Below, piece after piece: positions 1 to 9,680 of a stretch of 64,000 bases of DNA. Each line of letters begins with the position of its first letter. Position 1 is the stretch's first letter. Position numbers and translations under genes: made by a program. Under the pieces are notes generated by a model that had not been told where the DNA came from, searched no databases, and saw only the letters and a program-made list of their open reading frames with translations. This DNA comes from a virus, in IMG/VR virus record IMGVR_UViG_3300042261_001186, positions 32,001 through 96,000 of that record, one strand, 5' to 3'.

Positions 1-4
1 TACT

Positions 5-1282
5 TTGAATTCAGCCCCTTGGTATAGAATGACTGCAGATATTTCAGCATTAGATTTATCAGCTGCTAGATCATTAGAAGCAATAGTTTCAACAACAACA
101 TCTAGAGTTTGTACATTTGGAGGTCAAATTGTAGTTACTTATGAATTTAATACTACAACAAGTACAACAATTTATAATAGTTTAATGTTAGGTGCAGTAG
201 ATACTGCAGGTTGGATTGGTGGAACTACTGCTACAGATCAAGGTGTATGGGAAAGAAATATTTATATAGAAGAACCAGATACCATAACTTTCAAGGAAAG
301 TGGATTGTGTCTATACCAAAATGATTCTGGTGGTTATACATTTAATGTTAGAGTTTCTGGAGATACAACTGAACAAACAACTGTTCAGGCTTATGTTAAT
401 ACTGCTGGAACACTTCAATGTGGAAATTATTCAATGATACATAGGATAGATGCTGGAGGACAAAAAGGACAAAATGGTATATCTCTAGTTAGAGGTAAAA
501 ATTTATATAGAGTTTGTTTTTATTCTGGTACAGCACAAGCTGGTTGGAATTTATCAGGATATTTAATATTAAATTATACATCAGGTAAACATCCAGATGG
601 GGTAGGAGTACATGCACATAGTGTTTATCAACATGTTACAGATAATATTACAGCAGGTGGTTCAAGAGTAAATACATCTGCTACAGTAGCAGCAACAATA
701 CCAGAAACATATTATTATTTATTAGGATATTTATTTTGGGTAAATTATAGTAGTATTGGAAATGGTACTACTGGTGGATTAGATATTGATTTTACTGTTG
801 ATGCTGAAGTAATATCAACTGATCTAACACAAGGTGGTGATGGTTGGGTAACTTTATATAATGGGACAGCTAGAAATGATTCTGATAATATGAATGGTTA
901 CATATATGCAGCAGCTCGTAATAATTTCACTAGATGGAATGGTGATACTGATTCTGAAAGATTAGATATAAAAACATCTAGAAAATATAGATTATCAACA
1001 GGTCCACTATGGACTGGTTCTATGGGATATTGGTACACATATAATGCTATATCATATGTAGTATCTGGAACATGTACTGGATATAGTGGAGATGGTAGTG
1101 GAATACCAGTTGATATTTATAGAGTTATATCCAGTTCTCAAGATGAAATGATATTAAATTTAACTACATCTGCAGGTGGGACATTTTCTGGATTTTGGAT
1201 AGATAATACAGATACATTATATGCAACAGCAAGACAAGATGATTCACATGTTGGTAGAAGTACAAATGGTATAGCAGGTTAA
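5..1282 (+). CDS. Virion structural / tail-associated beta-rich protein, 5' truncated by window edge
   Basis: Frame is open to the window start; T/G/S/Y-rich beta-type composition; small C-terminal beta-sandwich-like segment. Confidence 0.5.
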   Translation: MNSAPWYRMTADISALDLSAARSLEAIVSTTTSRVCTFGGQIVVTYEFNTTTSTTIYNSLMLGAVDTAGWIGGTTATDQGVWERNIYIEEPDTITFKESGLCLYQNDSGGYTFNVRVSGDTTEQTTVQAYVNTAGTLQCGNYSMIHRIDAGGQKGQNGISLVRGKNLYRVCFYSGTAQAGWNLSGYLILNYTSGKHPDGVGVHAHSVYQHVTDNITAGGSRVNTSATVAATIPETYYYLLGYLFWVNYSSIGNGTTGGLDIDFTVDAEVISTDLTQGGDGWVTLYNGTARNDSDNMNGYIYAAARNNFTRWNGDTDSERLDIKTSRKYRLSTGPLWTGSMGYWYTYNAISYVVSGTCTGYSGDGSGIPVDIYRVISSSQDEMILNLTTSAGGTFSGFWIDNTDTLYATARQDDSHVGRSTNGIAG

Positions 1283-1301
1283 AAAAATAATTTAAAATGA
1301 T

Positions 1302-1400
1302 ATGTTTAATATAGTTTTAAGAAATCCTAAAATAACAAGTAATTTTGATATAAAATTATCAGATGGTACTGTTGTTAGGAGAATATTTATGATAACGTAA
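1302..1400 (+). CDS. 32-aa hypothetical protein (MFNIVLRNPK...)
   Basis: Manually translated ATG..TAA filling the intergenic gap. Confidence 0.35.
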   Translation: MFNIVLRNPKITSNFDIKLSDGTVVRRIFMIT

Positions 1401-1419
1401 AAAATCATATTTTTTAATT

Positions 1420-1427
1420 AATATATA
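1420..1427 (+). promoter_or_regulatory. Putative phage late promoter AATATATA (representative copy)
   Basis: Same 8-mer, often after a T-tract and correctly oriented, just upstream of about 20 genes: + at 10732, 13886, 18623, 42261, 46965, 51804, 54917, 58539; - at 9584, 23653, 26202, 28130, 30147, 32964, 33289, 37965, 41221, 49867, 50773, 63876. Analogous to T4 TATAAATA. Confidence 0.65.
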
Positions 1428-1432
1428 AAGAT

Positions 1433-1957
1433 ATGAAAAAATTGAAAACTTTTGAAAGTTATGGAGACACTGGACATCAAGACCGTCCAAAGAATGACAA
1501 ATCATTAATTATGAAACATATAAATCATGAATATACTGATCATAATTCTGAACCAAGTCAATCTATAGATCCAATTAATGAAAAAATAAAGGTTATAGTA
1601 GGAAACATAGTAAAAACAAAAGTTTATTTCAAAATGCTTAGAGATACTACATCTCATGTATATAAAAATTTATTAGCTCAATATCCTAGAAATGTTGATG
1701 CTTTTACTGAAACAGTAACAAACAAAGATGTCATTCTTGGAGAATTGGTCGAAGGTGTTTATGATATAATAAATGAATCTGATACTATGAAAAGATTAGA
1801 AGATATGATTGATATTTTAGAACAAATAGAAACTTATACAGGTCAAGGAAATATAGACAGGATTTTAAAAGGTGAATTGAATATATATGAAGATGAAGAT
1901 GAAGGTGAAGAATCAGATATAGAAGATGAAGATGAAGGACTTCCAGGTGAAGGTTAA
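1433..1957 (+). CDS. Putative internal head protein, capsid-targeting-like leader, acidic tail
   Basis: Leader MKKLKTFE/S; late motif upstream. Confidence 0.55.
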   Translation: MKKLKTFESYGDTGHQDRPKNDKSLIMKHINHEYTDHNSEPSQSIDPINEKIKVIVGNIVKTKVYFKMLRDTTSHVYKNLLAQYPRNVDAFTETVTNKDVILGELVEGVYDIINESDTMKRLEDMIDILEQIETYTGQGNIDRILKGELNIYEDEDEGEESDIEDEDEGLPGEG

Positions 1958-1971
1958 AAAACAAAAAGAAT

Positions 1972-2322
1972 ATGAAAAAACTCAAGACTTACAATAGATT
2001 CGATTTGAAAGAAGCTGTCACAAGACCTTCAGATTTAAGTGCTTTAGATGTATTAATAGAAAACATTGTAAAGAAAAAGAATTTAATTTTAATGATGAAT
2101 GATACTTTTAATCATATTAGTGATGAAATAAAAAGTGTTATGCCAAGTGATATGAGTGAATTTATGCAAAGTTTGGGTAAAGAAGAAAGACAAATATGGA
2201 AAACTATAGAGTCTTTAAATGATTTAATGGTAGATGGATACCCTAGTATAAAAGATTCTTTTGAAGAAGTGATAGATGATATTAAGATATTAGAAAAACA
2301 TTTAACAAAAAAAGGTAGATAA
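1972..2322 (+). CDS. Putative internal head protein, likely distant paralog of 1433..1957
   Basis: Leader MKKLKTY..LKE; shared I.NIVK.K...M..DT..H and .ED.IDDI.ILE patterns. Confidence 0.55.
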   Translation: MKKLKTYNRFDLKEAVTRPSDLSALDVLIENIVKKKNLILMMNDTFNHISDEIKSVMPSDMSEFMQSLGKEERQIWKTIESLNDLMVDGYPSIKDSFEEVIDDIKILEKHLTKKGR

Positions 2323-2324
2323 AA

Positions 2325-2663
2325 ATGACATTGACTTTTAATAAATATTTTGAAAATCATTCTGATGTTGACACATATAGTGAAGAAAATTGGGACAACT
2401 ATGATGAACAAAAAATAACAAGTAGATATAATATTTATCTGTGTGTTAGGGATAACCAAGATTTTGCAGCTGGACATGTGTACATTGTTGTTGGAATAAA
2501 TCAAAATGTGATAGGGCCGAATATAGTTGATACTAGAGTAAAGGTTAAAGGATTGATGGCAGATGAATATATAAATATAGATTTTAATGCTGGTGAAGAC
2601 CCTTATAGAAGAGCTTTAGCTAATGGATCATTAATTTATATAGGAAAATTAGATGAATTTTAA
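2325..2663 (+). CDS. Leader + DPxxEExW-type tag hypothetical protein
   Basis: FE/NHSDVDTYSEENW. Confidence 0.6.
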   Translation: MTLTFNKYFENHSDVDTYSEENWDNYDEQKITSRYNIYLCVRDNQDFAAGHVYIVVGINQNVIGPNIVDTRVKVKGLMADEYINIDFNAGEDPYRRALANGSLIYIGKLDEF

Positions 2664-3009
2664 TATGATAACAAAATTTAATAAATATGAGAAAATATTT
2701 GAGAGTCTCCCAAGACAATCAACTGTCGATCAATTAAAAAGGATAAGACAAGAGATAAACAAATCTCAAAACATAAAAGTTGGTCCTGAAGAATCCACTA
2801 TGAGTGGTGATGTTGGTGACAGAGTAATAGATGATTTGGTTAAACATAAAGGTAAACAAGAAATGAATAATCTATTTTGGTGGGATAATCCATTAGATAG
2901 AAAAATTGATTCTTATGAGACTTTTGTGAAAGATGATTCAAGAACATCTCTTGGTTATACAACTAAAGGTGACCCAATTAAACATAGGGGAACTGATTAT
3001 AAAAATTAA
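2653..3009 (+). CDS. Hypothetical protein with capsid-targeting-like leader (probable start 2665)
   Basis: MITKFNKYEKIFE/S. Confidence 0.55.
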   Translation: MNFNMITKFNKYEKIFESLPRQSTVDQLKRIRQEINKSQNIKVGPEESTMSGDVGDRVIDDLVKHKGKQEMNNLFWWDNPLDRKIDSYETFVKDDSRTSLGYTTKGDPIKHRGTDYKN

Positions 3010-3019
3010 TTAATGAATT

Positions 3020-3394
3020 ATGAAAAATTTAAAAACTATGGATGAATTTATAAATGAAGGTTTTTCTAACATATTTGGAGGTAAGACCAATTATGATTTA
3101 CTAAAAATTATAAATGTTCAATTGGATGAAGTTGAAAAAAACGCTAAGTTAAATTTAACTATGTATAAAGAATTTGATATATTTAACAAATCTTTTCTTG
3201 CTGCAATAGATACAATAAACTCTTTTAATGTGAAACCTGATAATTCATATTATAAAGATGTTCATCAAGCAATAGATAAATTATATTCTTTAGTTCCATT
3301 CAAAGGAAGTAATCCTATGGCTTGGAAAAAAACAGTTGAAAAATTTAATAAAATGACATTAAAATATAATTCACATAAAAATTTAAGATGGTAA
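3020..3394 (+). CDS. Hypothetical protein with capsid-targeting-like leader
   Basis: MKNLKTMDEFINE/G. Confidence 0.55.
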   Translation: MKNLKTMDEFINEGFSNIFGGKTNYDLLKIINVQLDEVEKNAKLNLTMYKEFDIFNKSFLAAIDTINSFNVKPDNSYYKDVHQAIDKLYSLVPFKGSNPMAWKKTVEKFNKMTLKYNSHKNLRW

Positions 3395-4584
3395 TAAAAA
3401 AAAACATAAACAAAATGATAAAAAATTACAAAAACTTCATAGGTGAAAGTGTAGAAAATAAAGGAAAAGGTCCAGGTAATAATGATTTGTTTCCTTCAAC
3501 TCCTTTTAAACAAACTTTAAATCGTCCAAATCAAACAATGGATTTTTTAAGAGTTGGTAAACATATTTTAACTAGTAAAATAGATGGTTTCATTGATAGT
3601 GTTCAAAATGAAAACATTTTTATAACAGATAGACTTACTGGTGAAATAAAAAAATATACACTAAAGGAAGTTTTGAGAGAAATGACCAAAGCAAAACCAG
3701 TCGAAGGTAAAAATACACCAGTTGAAGGTTTTACTGGAACACCAAGATGGGCTCAAAAACCAACATTGGTAAAAGAAAAAATAGAGGCTGTCCATACCAT
3801 ATTGACTCCAGAAGATGAATTAGATGGTGAAATAAGTGAAGATGAAATGAATGAATATATAAATAAAGTTAATAAAAGAAATGATACAAGATTTAAATAT
3901 ACTGAAGAAGATGAGTTTGGAGAACATTCAGATGAAAATTTTGGTTTAAATACCCATCATGGAATGTACAGAAATGAAGACTACCCTCAATACACACCTA
4001 GTGTTGGAAATGATGATGATGAAGAATTATCTGGAGATACATACAATCCTGGTTTACTAAGTGATGCTGATGTCAATTCACCTATATATGATAAAGTTGA
4101 AATAGAAGAAAATGAAATAGATGAAAGATTTAGACCATCATCATTAGCTGATGATATGGCTTATAAAAGTGGTAAAGAAAAACTAAAAAAATTTGGAATA
4201 GATTTAGATGAAGAAGATGAAGGTGAAGAAGGTATAGATAATTTTATATTTGGAAAAAAACCTAAAAGAAATAGAGGCACAGAAGACAACCCTGAAGGTA
4301 ATACAAATCCTATAAGTGAAAGTTGGAACAAATACTGGGAAACCTTTGATCCATTAAGAGAAAGACTTGAAGAAGAAGATTATGAAGATGTTATGGATAT
4401 AAACCCTGATATATTTGAAGAAGAAAAAGAAGAAGAGGAATATGAAGAACCAGAAGGATCAGAAGACAATCCAATTCAAATGAGAAAAAGATTGAAAATA
4501 GAAGACTATTCTGAAGACAATCCAGAACCACAATATGGTGATGATAGGTTTGATCAATTTGGATTCAATGAAAATCAAGAATAA
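3388..4584 (+). CDS. Highly acidic putative internal head protein (probable start 3415)
   Basis: MIKNYKNFIGE/S leader; D/E-rich low-complexity C-terminal two thirds. Confidence 0.55.
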   Translation: MVIKKNINKMIKNYKNFIGESVENKGKGPGNNDLFPSTPFKQTLNRPNQTMDFLRVGKHILTSKIDGFIDSVQNENIFITDRLTGEIKKYTLKEVLREMTKAKPVEGKNTPVEGFTGTPRWAQKPTLVKEKIEAVHTILTPEDELDGEISEDEMNEYINKVNKRNDTRFKYTEEDEFGEHSDENFGLNTHHGMYRNEDYPQYTPSVGNDDDEELSGDTYNPGLLSDADVNSPIYDKVEIEENEIDERFRPSSLADDMAYKSGKEKLKKFGIDLDEEDEGEEGIDNFIFGKKPKRNRGTEDNPEGNTNPISESWNKYWETFDPLRERLEEEDYEDVMDINPDIFEEEKEEEEYEEPEGSEDNPIQMRKRLKIEDYSEDNPEPQYGDDRFDQFGFNENQE

Positions 4585-4587
4585 ATT

Positions 4588-4740
4588 ATGAAATATTTAA
4601 AACTTTTTGAAGCTGATATTGAAGAAGATGAATATGAAGGTAATGTTGATATGAATAAACACATGTTGATACATGCCTTAGAAACATTGTTTCATTCTTG
4701 GGGTGGAGACACACCACCTGGAAAATTCTTAACAAAATAA
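4588..4740 (+). CDS. 50-aa leader-bearing protein not in ORF track
   Basis: MKYLKLFE/ADIEEDEY...KFLTK*. Confidence 0.5.
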   Translation: MKYLKLFEADIEEDEYEGNVDMNKHMLIHALETLFHSWGGDTPPGKFLTK

Positions 4741-4750
4741 TTTTTTAAAA

Positions 4751-5482
4751 ATGAGAAACCTAAAACATAGATTAGATTATATAAGAGAGGAATTGAAAGA
4801 TTATAAAGATGTTGATGATTGGTTAAAAAAATCTGAATGGAAACCTCTTAAACATGAAAAACGCATCCCTTTATCACAAGTGGAAAAACTCTGTTATGAT
4901 GCATTTGTAATAGGTTCTAAAGGTGATATGAGTTTTAAAACTTGGTGGAGTGACCAAAAATTGAATGAAAATATGTTACCAAAACAACCTATCAAAAAAG
5001 TTAAATGTTTAGAATGTGGAGAAAGTGTTTGTGATAATTTAGGTTACAAAATAGGACATTTATATAACAGACATAATTGTAAACCAAGTGTTGATGATTA
5101 CATTGCAAAAAATATGTTGAAAAAATATTTCCCTTCTATTGTAAAGGAATCTAATTCTTCTAAGTATAATTGGATGCAACATCCAGATTATCCAGAACCA
5201 CCTGTTCTTAATGAAACAATTACTAACCCTGATGTTGATCCTTATGGTGAAGAGAATTGGGGACCAACAAAAAGATATAAAGTTTACAAAACTGTTTATG
5301 AAAGATCTCGTGTAGAATATGTTGGTTATGTTGATGCAGAAAATGAAGAAGAAGCAATCAACAAAAGTGATTACATTACTAATTGGGAACAATATAATAA
5401 TGATATAATAAATGAAGATATTGAAAATATAACTGCTGTTGAAACAGATGATGAAGTGATATATTTTCAAAATGGTAATTAA
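4751..5482 (+). CDS. Multi-module putative internal protein with C2H2-like zinc motif and DPYGEENW tag
   Basis: CLEC..HLYNRH; internal LNE, VKE/S, LNE/T sites; PDVDPYGEENW. Confidence 0.55.
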   Translation: MRNLKHRLDYIREELKDYKDVDDWLKKSEWKPLKHEKRIPLSQVEKLCYDAFVIGSKGDMSFKTWWSDQKLNENMLPKQPIKKVKCLECGESVCDNLGYKIGHLYNRHNCKPSVDDYIAKNMLKKYFPSIVKESNSSKYNWMQHPDYPEPPVLNETITNPDVDPYGEENWGPTKRYKVYKTVYERSRVEYVGYVDAENEEEAINKSDYITNWEQYNNDIINEDIENITAVETDDEVIYFQNGN

Positions 5483-5488
5483 AATATA

Positions 5489-5566
5489 CAGCGTGACTTA
5501 GGACCGCCTGTTATGACTTCGGTCATTTTTATAAAACTCGGGAATTCGCTGCTCCCGGGTTTTTTT
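5489..5566 (+). terminator. Structured intergenic element ending in an intrinsic terminator
   Basis: ATGAC-TTCG-GTCAT hairpin; AACTCGGGA..TCCCGGGTT stem followed by T-run. Confidence 0.65.
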
Positions 5567-5569
5567 ATT

Positions 5570-5596
5570 AAACATATTTCCGTTTTTTTTCTATAA
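5570..5596 (+). promoter_or_regulatory. Putative middle promoter AAAC-N18-TATA(A) (representative copy)
   Basis: Same spacing at + 9610, 10571, 44738 and - 30708-30734, 58512-58538; variants at 48351-48377 (-), 54884, 17255. Confidence 0.55.
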
Positions 5597-5620
5597 ACAT
5601 AAATTAAATCTTATTTATTA

Positions 5621-7132
5621 ATGGTTGTAGATTTCGAATATTCGAATAAAATTCTAAAAGTATCTTATATTGGGGAAAATGGTAATGTAAAAATGAAACA
5701 TTACAATTGGCCTAATCCTCAAAAATATGTTGTCTGTCCCGATGATGATAGAGATAAAAGTGGTAAATATACCACATGGGATGGTAATGCAGTTAAATTA
5801 GTCTACACTAGAAATCCAGATAGATATTCAGTTTATGATTACTTAGATAGTTTACCTGAAGAAGAACAAGAAGTAATCTTCAAATATAATGAACCAGAAA
5901 TATTCTTCATAGATATTGAAAATGAAATTTTAGATTCAAAACCTACCCCTCAATTAGCACAAGGTGCAATTCAATCCATTTCAATAGTTGTTAGAAATAA
6001 AGTCCTTGTTATGGGAACAAGTGACTTATCTAAAGACCAAGAGAAATCAATAAGAGAAGATATCAATAATTATTTTGCCAAATTCAATACAGATTATGAT
6101 TTCAAATTTATAAGATATAAGAATGAGTATGATATGATGCTCAACTTCTTTGAAAAATATGTACCTAAAATGCCAGTGGTTACTGGATGGAATTTCACAG
6201 AATATGACTGGGTCTATTTAGTTAATAGGGCTAGGAAAATTGGAGTTGATCCAACTGCAGCATCTTTAACTAGAGTTTTGAAACAACCATTCAATAAGAT
6301 GAACAAAAAGAAAAACCAAAAAGAATCTTTTTGTGAACATCCAGCACATAAAATAGTTGTGGATTATATGGAATTGTATGAAAAATACAATTCCACAATT
6401 AAAATCAAAGAATCAAATAGTTTGGATTTTGTCGCAGATGGTATTCTTGGAGTTAAGAAAGTTAACTATGAAGGCTCATTAAAAACATTGATAAACAGCG
6501 ATTACAAGAAGTTTATCTTCTATAATGCTGTTGACTCTATTCTTGTACAGAAAATACATGAAACAACTAAATGGGTTGATATTCTTTATGGTATTTCTAC
6601 ACTTTCTAAAATCAAAATACTTGATGCTTATTCTACTTTACCTGTAACAGAAGGTATTCTTAGAAGGAAATTAAAGAAAGAGAAGAATGTTATACTTTGT
6701 AAACTTGAAAGAGATTTTACAAATGACACCTTGATAATGGAAGCAGAAAGAGGTGTTAAGGGTGGTTGGGTTAAAGACCCAGTTAAAGGTATGGCAATGT
6801 GGGTGGCTTGTTATGACTTTTCATCACTTTATCCTACAACCATAAGACAATTCAACATTTCTGCTGATTCATATAAAGGTATTTTATCTCCAACAAAAGA
6901 CTTTGCTGTTTTCAATGGACATAGAGTTGAATTGGAAGATGGAGACATAGTTCTTTTGAATGGTACTGTGTTCAAAAATGAAGTGGGTATAATCAACCAA
7001 ACGATGACCGACATCTTTGCTGATAGGAGAAGGTACAAAGGGTATATGAATTTTGAACATGAGGACCTAGAGGCCTTTAAAAAGGATTTAAAGATAGCCG
7101 AGGAAGAGTTGTTATCCTGCTTACAGAATTAA
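5621..7132 (+). CDS. Family B DNA polymerase, N-terminal part (exonuclease + motif A) of a split gp43
   Basis: ExoI DIE, ExoII GWNFTEYD, ExoIII YNAVD, motif A YDFSSLYP; ends in fingers helix without motifs B and C. Confidence 0.88.
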   Translation: MVVDFEYSNKILKVSYIGENGNVKMKHYNWPNPQKYVVCPDDDRDKSGKYTTWDGNAVKLVYTRNPDRYSVYDYLDSLPEEEQEVIFKYNEPEIFFIDIENEILDSKPTPQLAQGAIQSISIVVRNKVLVMGTSDLSKDQEKSIREDINNYFAKFNTDYDFKFIRYKNEYDMMLNFFEKYVPKMPVVTGWNFTEYDWVYLVNRARKIGVDPTAASLTRVLKQPFNKMNKKKNQKESFCEHPAHKIVVDYMELYEKYNSTIKIKESNSLDFVADGILGVKKVNYEGSLKTLINSDYKKFIFYNAVDSILVQKIHETTKWVDILYGISTLSKIKILDAYSTLPVTEGILRRKLKKEKNVILCKLERDFTNDTLIMEAERGVKGGWVKDPVKGMAMWVACYDFSSLYPTTIRQFNISADSYKGILSPTKDFAVFNGHRVELEDGDIVLLNGTVFKNEVGIINQTMTDIFADRRRYKGYMNFEHEDLEAFKKDLKIAEEELLSCLQN

Positions 7133-7134
7133 AT

Positions 7135-7163
7135 AAAAAACCCAGATTTTAGTCTGGGTTTTT
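7135..7163. terminator. Bidirectional intrinsic terminator
   Basis: AAAAAACCCAGA-TTTTAG-TCTGGGTTTTT between convergent genes. Confidence 0.8.
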
Positions 7164-7165
7164 CT

Positions 7166-7303
7166 TTAGATTTGTGTTAGATAATTTAGTTTCATCCATT
7201 CCTTGTAAGTGAGGGAAATGTCACCTCTCTTAAATTCAGAATAACTATCCAAATAGAATTGATCATCTTTGTTTTCTTTGTACCACTTATTAAATCCTTT
7301 CAT
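7166..7303 (-). CDS. 45-aa hypothetical protein
   Basis: Manual translation MKGFNKWYKENKDDQFY...YLTQI*, directly downstream of rtcB. Confidence 0.45.
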   Translation of the reverse strand: MKGFNKWYKENKDDQFYLDSYSEFKRGDISLTYKEWMKLNYLTQI

Positions 7304-7321
7304 ATAAATTGTTTTTAAATG

Positions 7322-8758
7322 TTAGTATTTACCTCTTGCTTCTCTTGATTTCTTACGATCTCTACGGAAGTCTTTTTCTTTATCAGTACGGTATTTCTGA
7401 ACTATTTCATCTTTCCTACCTTTTTTCTGTAAGTCTTTCTTTTCTTTCCAAGAAATTGCTTTACCTGTATCTTTAACATTCCAGATAGGTTTTATCCTAT
7501 CAAGTATAGTTGCAGTAGGTTCAATCAATTTCTCAATAACTTCAGAATTTTTGTAAGCAAAAACTGATTCATCCAAAGTTTCCTTGCAAACAGATGTTGT
7601 GTAGATACCTTTCATAGTTTCCTTGACTTGTTCTACAGTAACCATCTCTTTTGCTTTGGAACGTGACCATTTCCTACCTGAACCATGAGGACCACTAAAT
7701 AAAAAATCTGGATTTGATTTACCTTCACATATTAAGATACCATCTTTTTGATTAAATGGTATAATCATTTTCTGTCCAGTATAAGATGCAATTGCCCCTT
7801 TCCTTATAATCATATCTTTTGGGTCAATATAATTATGTATGGTTGAAATAATTTCATCAAATTTCACGATACCAATAATATCTTTAATAATATTTAACAT
7901 TGCCATTCTGTTCCATTCTGCATATTTTTGAGCAAATATCATATCAAACATATAATTAATCATATTTTCACCTACTAAATATTCTTTATTAACACCTAAT
8001 TTATATTTTTCTTTTAATTCTTGAATTTTTTTAGGTATTAAATTCATTGGAAAAGTATTCAATTTAATATCATCTAATTCTTTGTTATAAACATCTGGTG
8101 TGACAGACATTTGAGATTTAGCTACATTGGACCAATAATCATATATTTTTAAACCAAAATTTCTAGAACCTGAATGAATAGTAATCCAATAATCACCATT
8201 AGAATCAATACCAAGTTCCTGGAAATGATTTCCAGATCCGAGAGTCCCTATGGCATTCCAAAATTTATTTTCTTCAATTTTAATATCTTTTAATTTTTTG
8301 GATAACCATTTTTCATTGTATGTTGGTGCAATATATAATGTACCAAATTTTTTATTATATTCAGTTACAAAATTATCTGCAACCATTTGTACTTCATCAA
8401 AAGGAATATCAGTGAAAACTGGATTTTGATTAACATTGAATCCCATAGGTATTGAATTTTTAACATCAATATCAAATTGTTTCAAGTCTAATTTATATGT
8501 TCTTGAAAATTTAGCTGATAACATCCCACAACCAAGATCGCACCCAATGTGGGCTGGGTTTAACATTGTGTTGTTTAATGGCATACAAAATCCAATAACT
8601 ATTGATTTCCCAACATGTGTATCACATTGAATCCTTATTGGAACACCTTCAGAAACAGGTTGATCTAAAATAGCTTGAATTAAAGAATATGCTTCCAATT
8701 CAACATCATCTGTTAATATTTTACAATCTTTGTTATATTTACCTTTTAATTCTATCAT
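7322..8758 (-). CDS. rtcB: RtcB family RNA ligase
   Basis: DTHVG, GCDLGCGM, GTLGSGNHF, HSGSR, HNY, RKGA, PHGSGR, AYK motifs. Confidence 0.93.
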   Translation of the reverse strand: MIELKGKYNKDCKILTDDVELEAYSLIQAILDQPVSEGVPIRIQCDTHVGKSIVIGFCMPLNNTMLNPAHIGCDLGCGMLSAKFSRTYKLDLKQFDIDVKNSIPMGFNVNQNPVFTDIPFDEVQMVADNFVTEYNKKFGTLYIAPTYNEKWLSKKLKDIKIEENKFWNAIGTLGSGNHFQELGIDSNGDYWITIHSGSRNFGLKIYDYWSNVAKSQMSVTPDVYNKELDDIKLNTFPMNLIPKKIQELKEKYKLGVNKEYLVGENMINYMFDMIFAQKYAEWNRMAMLNIIKDIIGIVKFDEIISTIHNYIDPKDMIIRKGAIASYTGQKMIIPFNQKDGILICEGKSNPDFLFSGPHGSGRKWSRSKAKEMVTVEQVKETMKGIYTTSVCKETLDESVFAYKNSEVIEKLIEPTATILDRIKPIWNVKDTGKAISWKEKKDLQKKGRKDEIVQKYRTDKEKDFRRDRKKSREARGKY

Positions 8759-8778
8759 AATGGTTTTCTCCTATAATG

Positions 8779-8786
8779 CAAAATTA
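8779..8786 (-). promoter_or_regulatory. Bacteroidota-type -7 promoter element TAnnTTTG upstream of rtcB
   Basis: TAATTTTG; further copies at 18529 (-), 18583, 20920, 52879, 54709, 55680, several with TTTG 18-19 nt upstream. Confidence 0.65.
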
Positions 8787-8813
8787 CAAAATATTTATAA
8801 CATAAAAAAATAA

Positions 8814-9566
8814 TTAAAGAGACAAGTATATTCTTGATTTTTTATTCTCGACATCTACTTTATTATCATATAAATTATGTTTTTTTAATAATTCACGAAT
8901 AGTTCTACGACTATGATTTGTTTTTTTAGAAATGTATGATATGAGTCCTTTTTTAGAATTACCAAATTCATTTATGTGACCTAATAATTTTTCTTTTTCT
9001 ATTTTATGATAATTATCTTTTCTTTGTTCATCAGTAAGAATATTTTTATCTCTAATTCCTTCTCTTATGATAGAATTTATTTTTTTTCTTGTTAATTTAA
9101 TTTCTTCATTAAAATTTTTAAATATTTGTGAATCTGAGAAACCATCATTATATAATTTATATACCATAGTTCTAGTTTCATTTGAAACTATTTTATATTG
9201 TCCATTTAATTCAAATGGTCTTTTACATTTTGATGAATTTAACATAGATTGTTTAATTTTTTCAATTATTTTTTCTTTGTTTGGATTATTTGTTATACCA
9301 TCATTTGTATTACCACCTTTACAAATATTATAACCATTTGGTGATAATGTATTTTCTAATTCAATATAATAAATTTCCATTTCATTCAAAATTTCTCTTG
9401 TTGTTGTTCCAGACCATATTATATCTTTTTTAAAATTATTTTTACCATATTTTTTTATTGCTGATTTAATAATTGGACCAGAGCCAAAATATCCATTTCT
9501 ACTATGAATACTTTGACCAATATATATTTTGTTATTTATTTTATTTGTTATTCTATATATTTCCAT
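8814..9566 (-). CDS. Free-standing GIY-YIG homing endonuclease
   Basis: EIYRITNKINNKIYIGQS, YFGSG, AIKKYG, GYN motifs. Confidence 0.88.
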   Translation of the reverse strand: MEIYRITNKINNKIYIGQSIHSRNGYFGSGPIIKSAIKKYGKNNFKKDIIWSGTTTREILNEMEIYYIELENTLSPNGYNICKGGNTNDGITNNPNKEKIIEKIKQSMLNSSKCKRPFELNGQYKIVSNETRTMVYKLYNDGFSDSQIFKNFNEEIKLTRKKINSIIREGIRDKNILTDEQRKDNYHKIEKEKLLGHINEFGNSKKGLISYISKKTNHSRRTIRELLKKHNLYDNKVDVENKKSRIYLSL

Positions 9567-9680
9567 AATTATTATATGTTAATTATATATTAATGTTTCA
9601 AAATTAATAAAACTTGGCCTTTTTTATTATATATATAGTTAAGGAATTTATTTTTTGGGGATATTGTCCCCAAAAAAAAA

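Noticed and set aside
8814-9566. Group I intron around the GIY-YIG gene
   Set aside because: Flanking genes are complete, flanks are short and unstructured, and the gene has its own promoter motif
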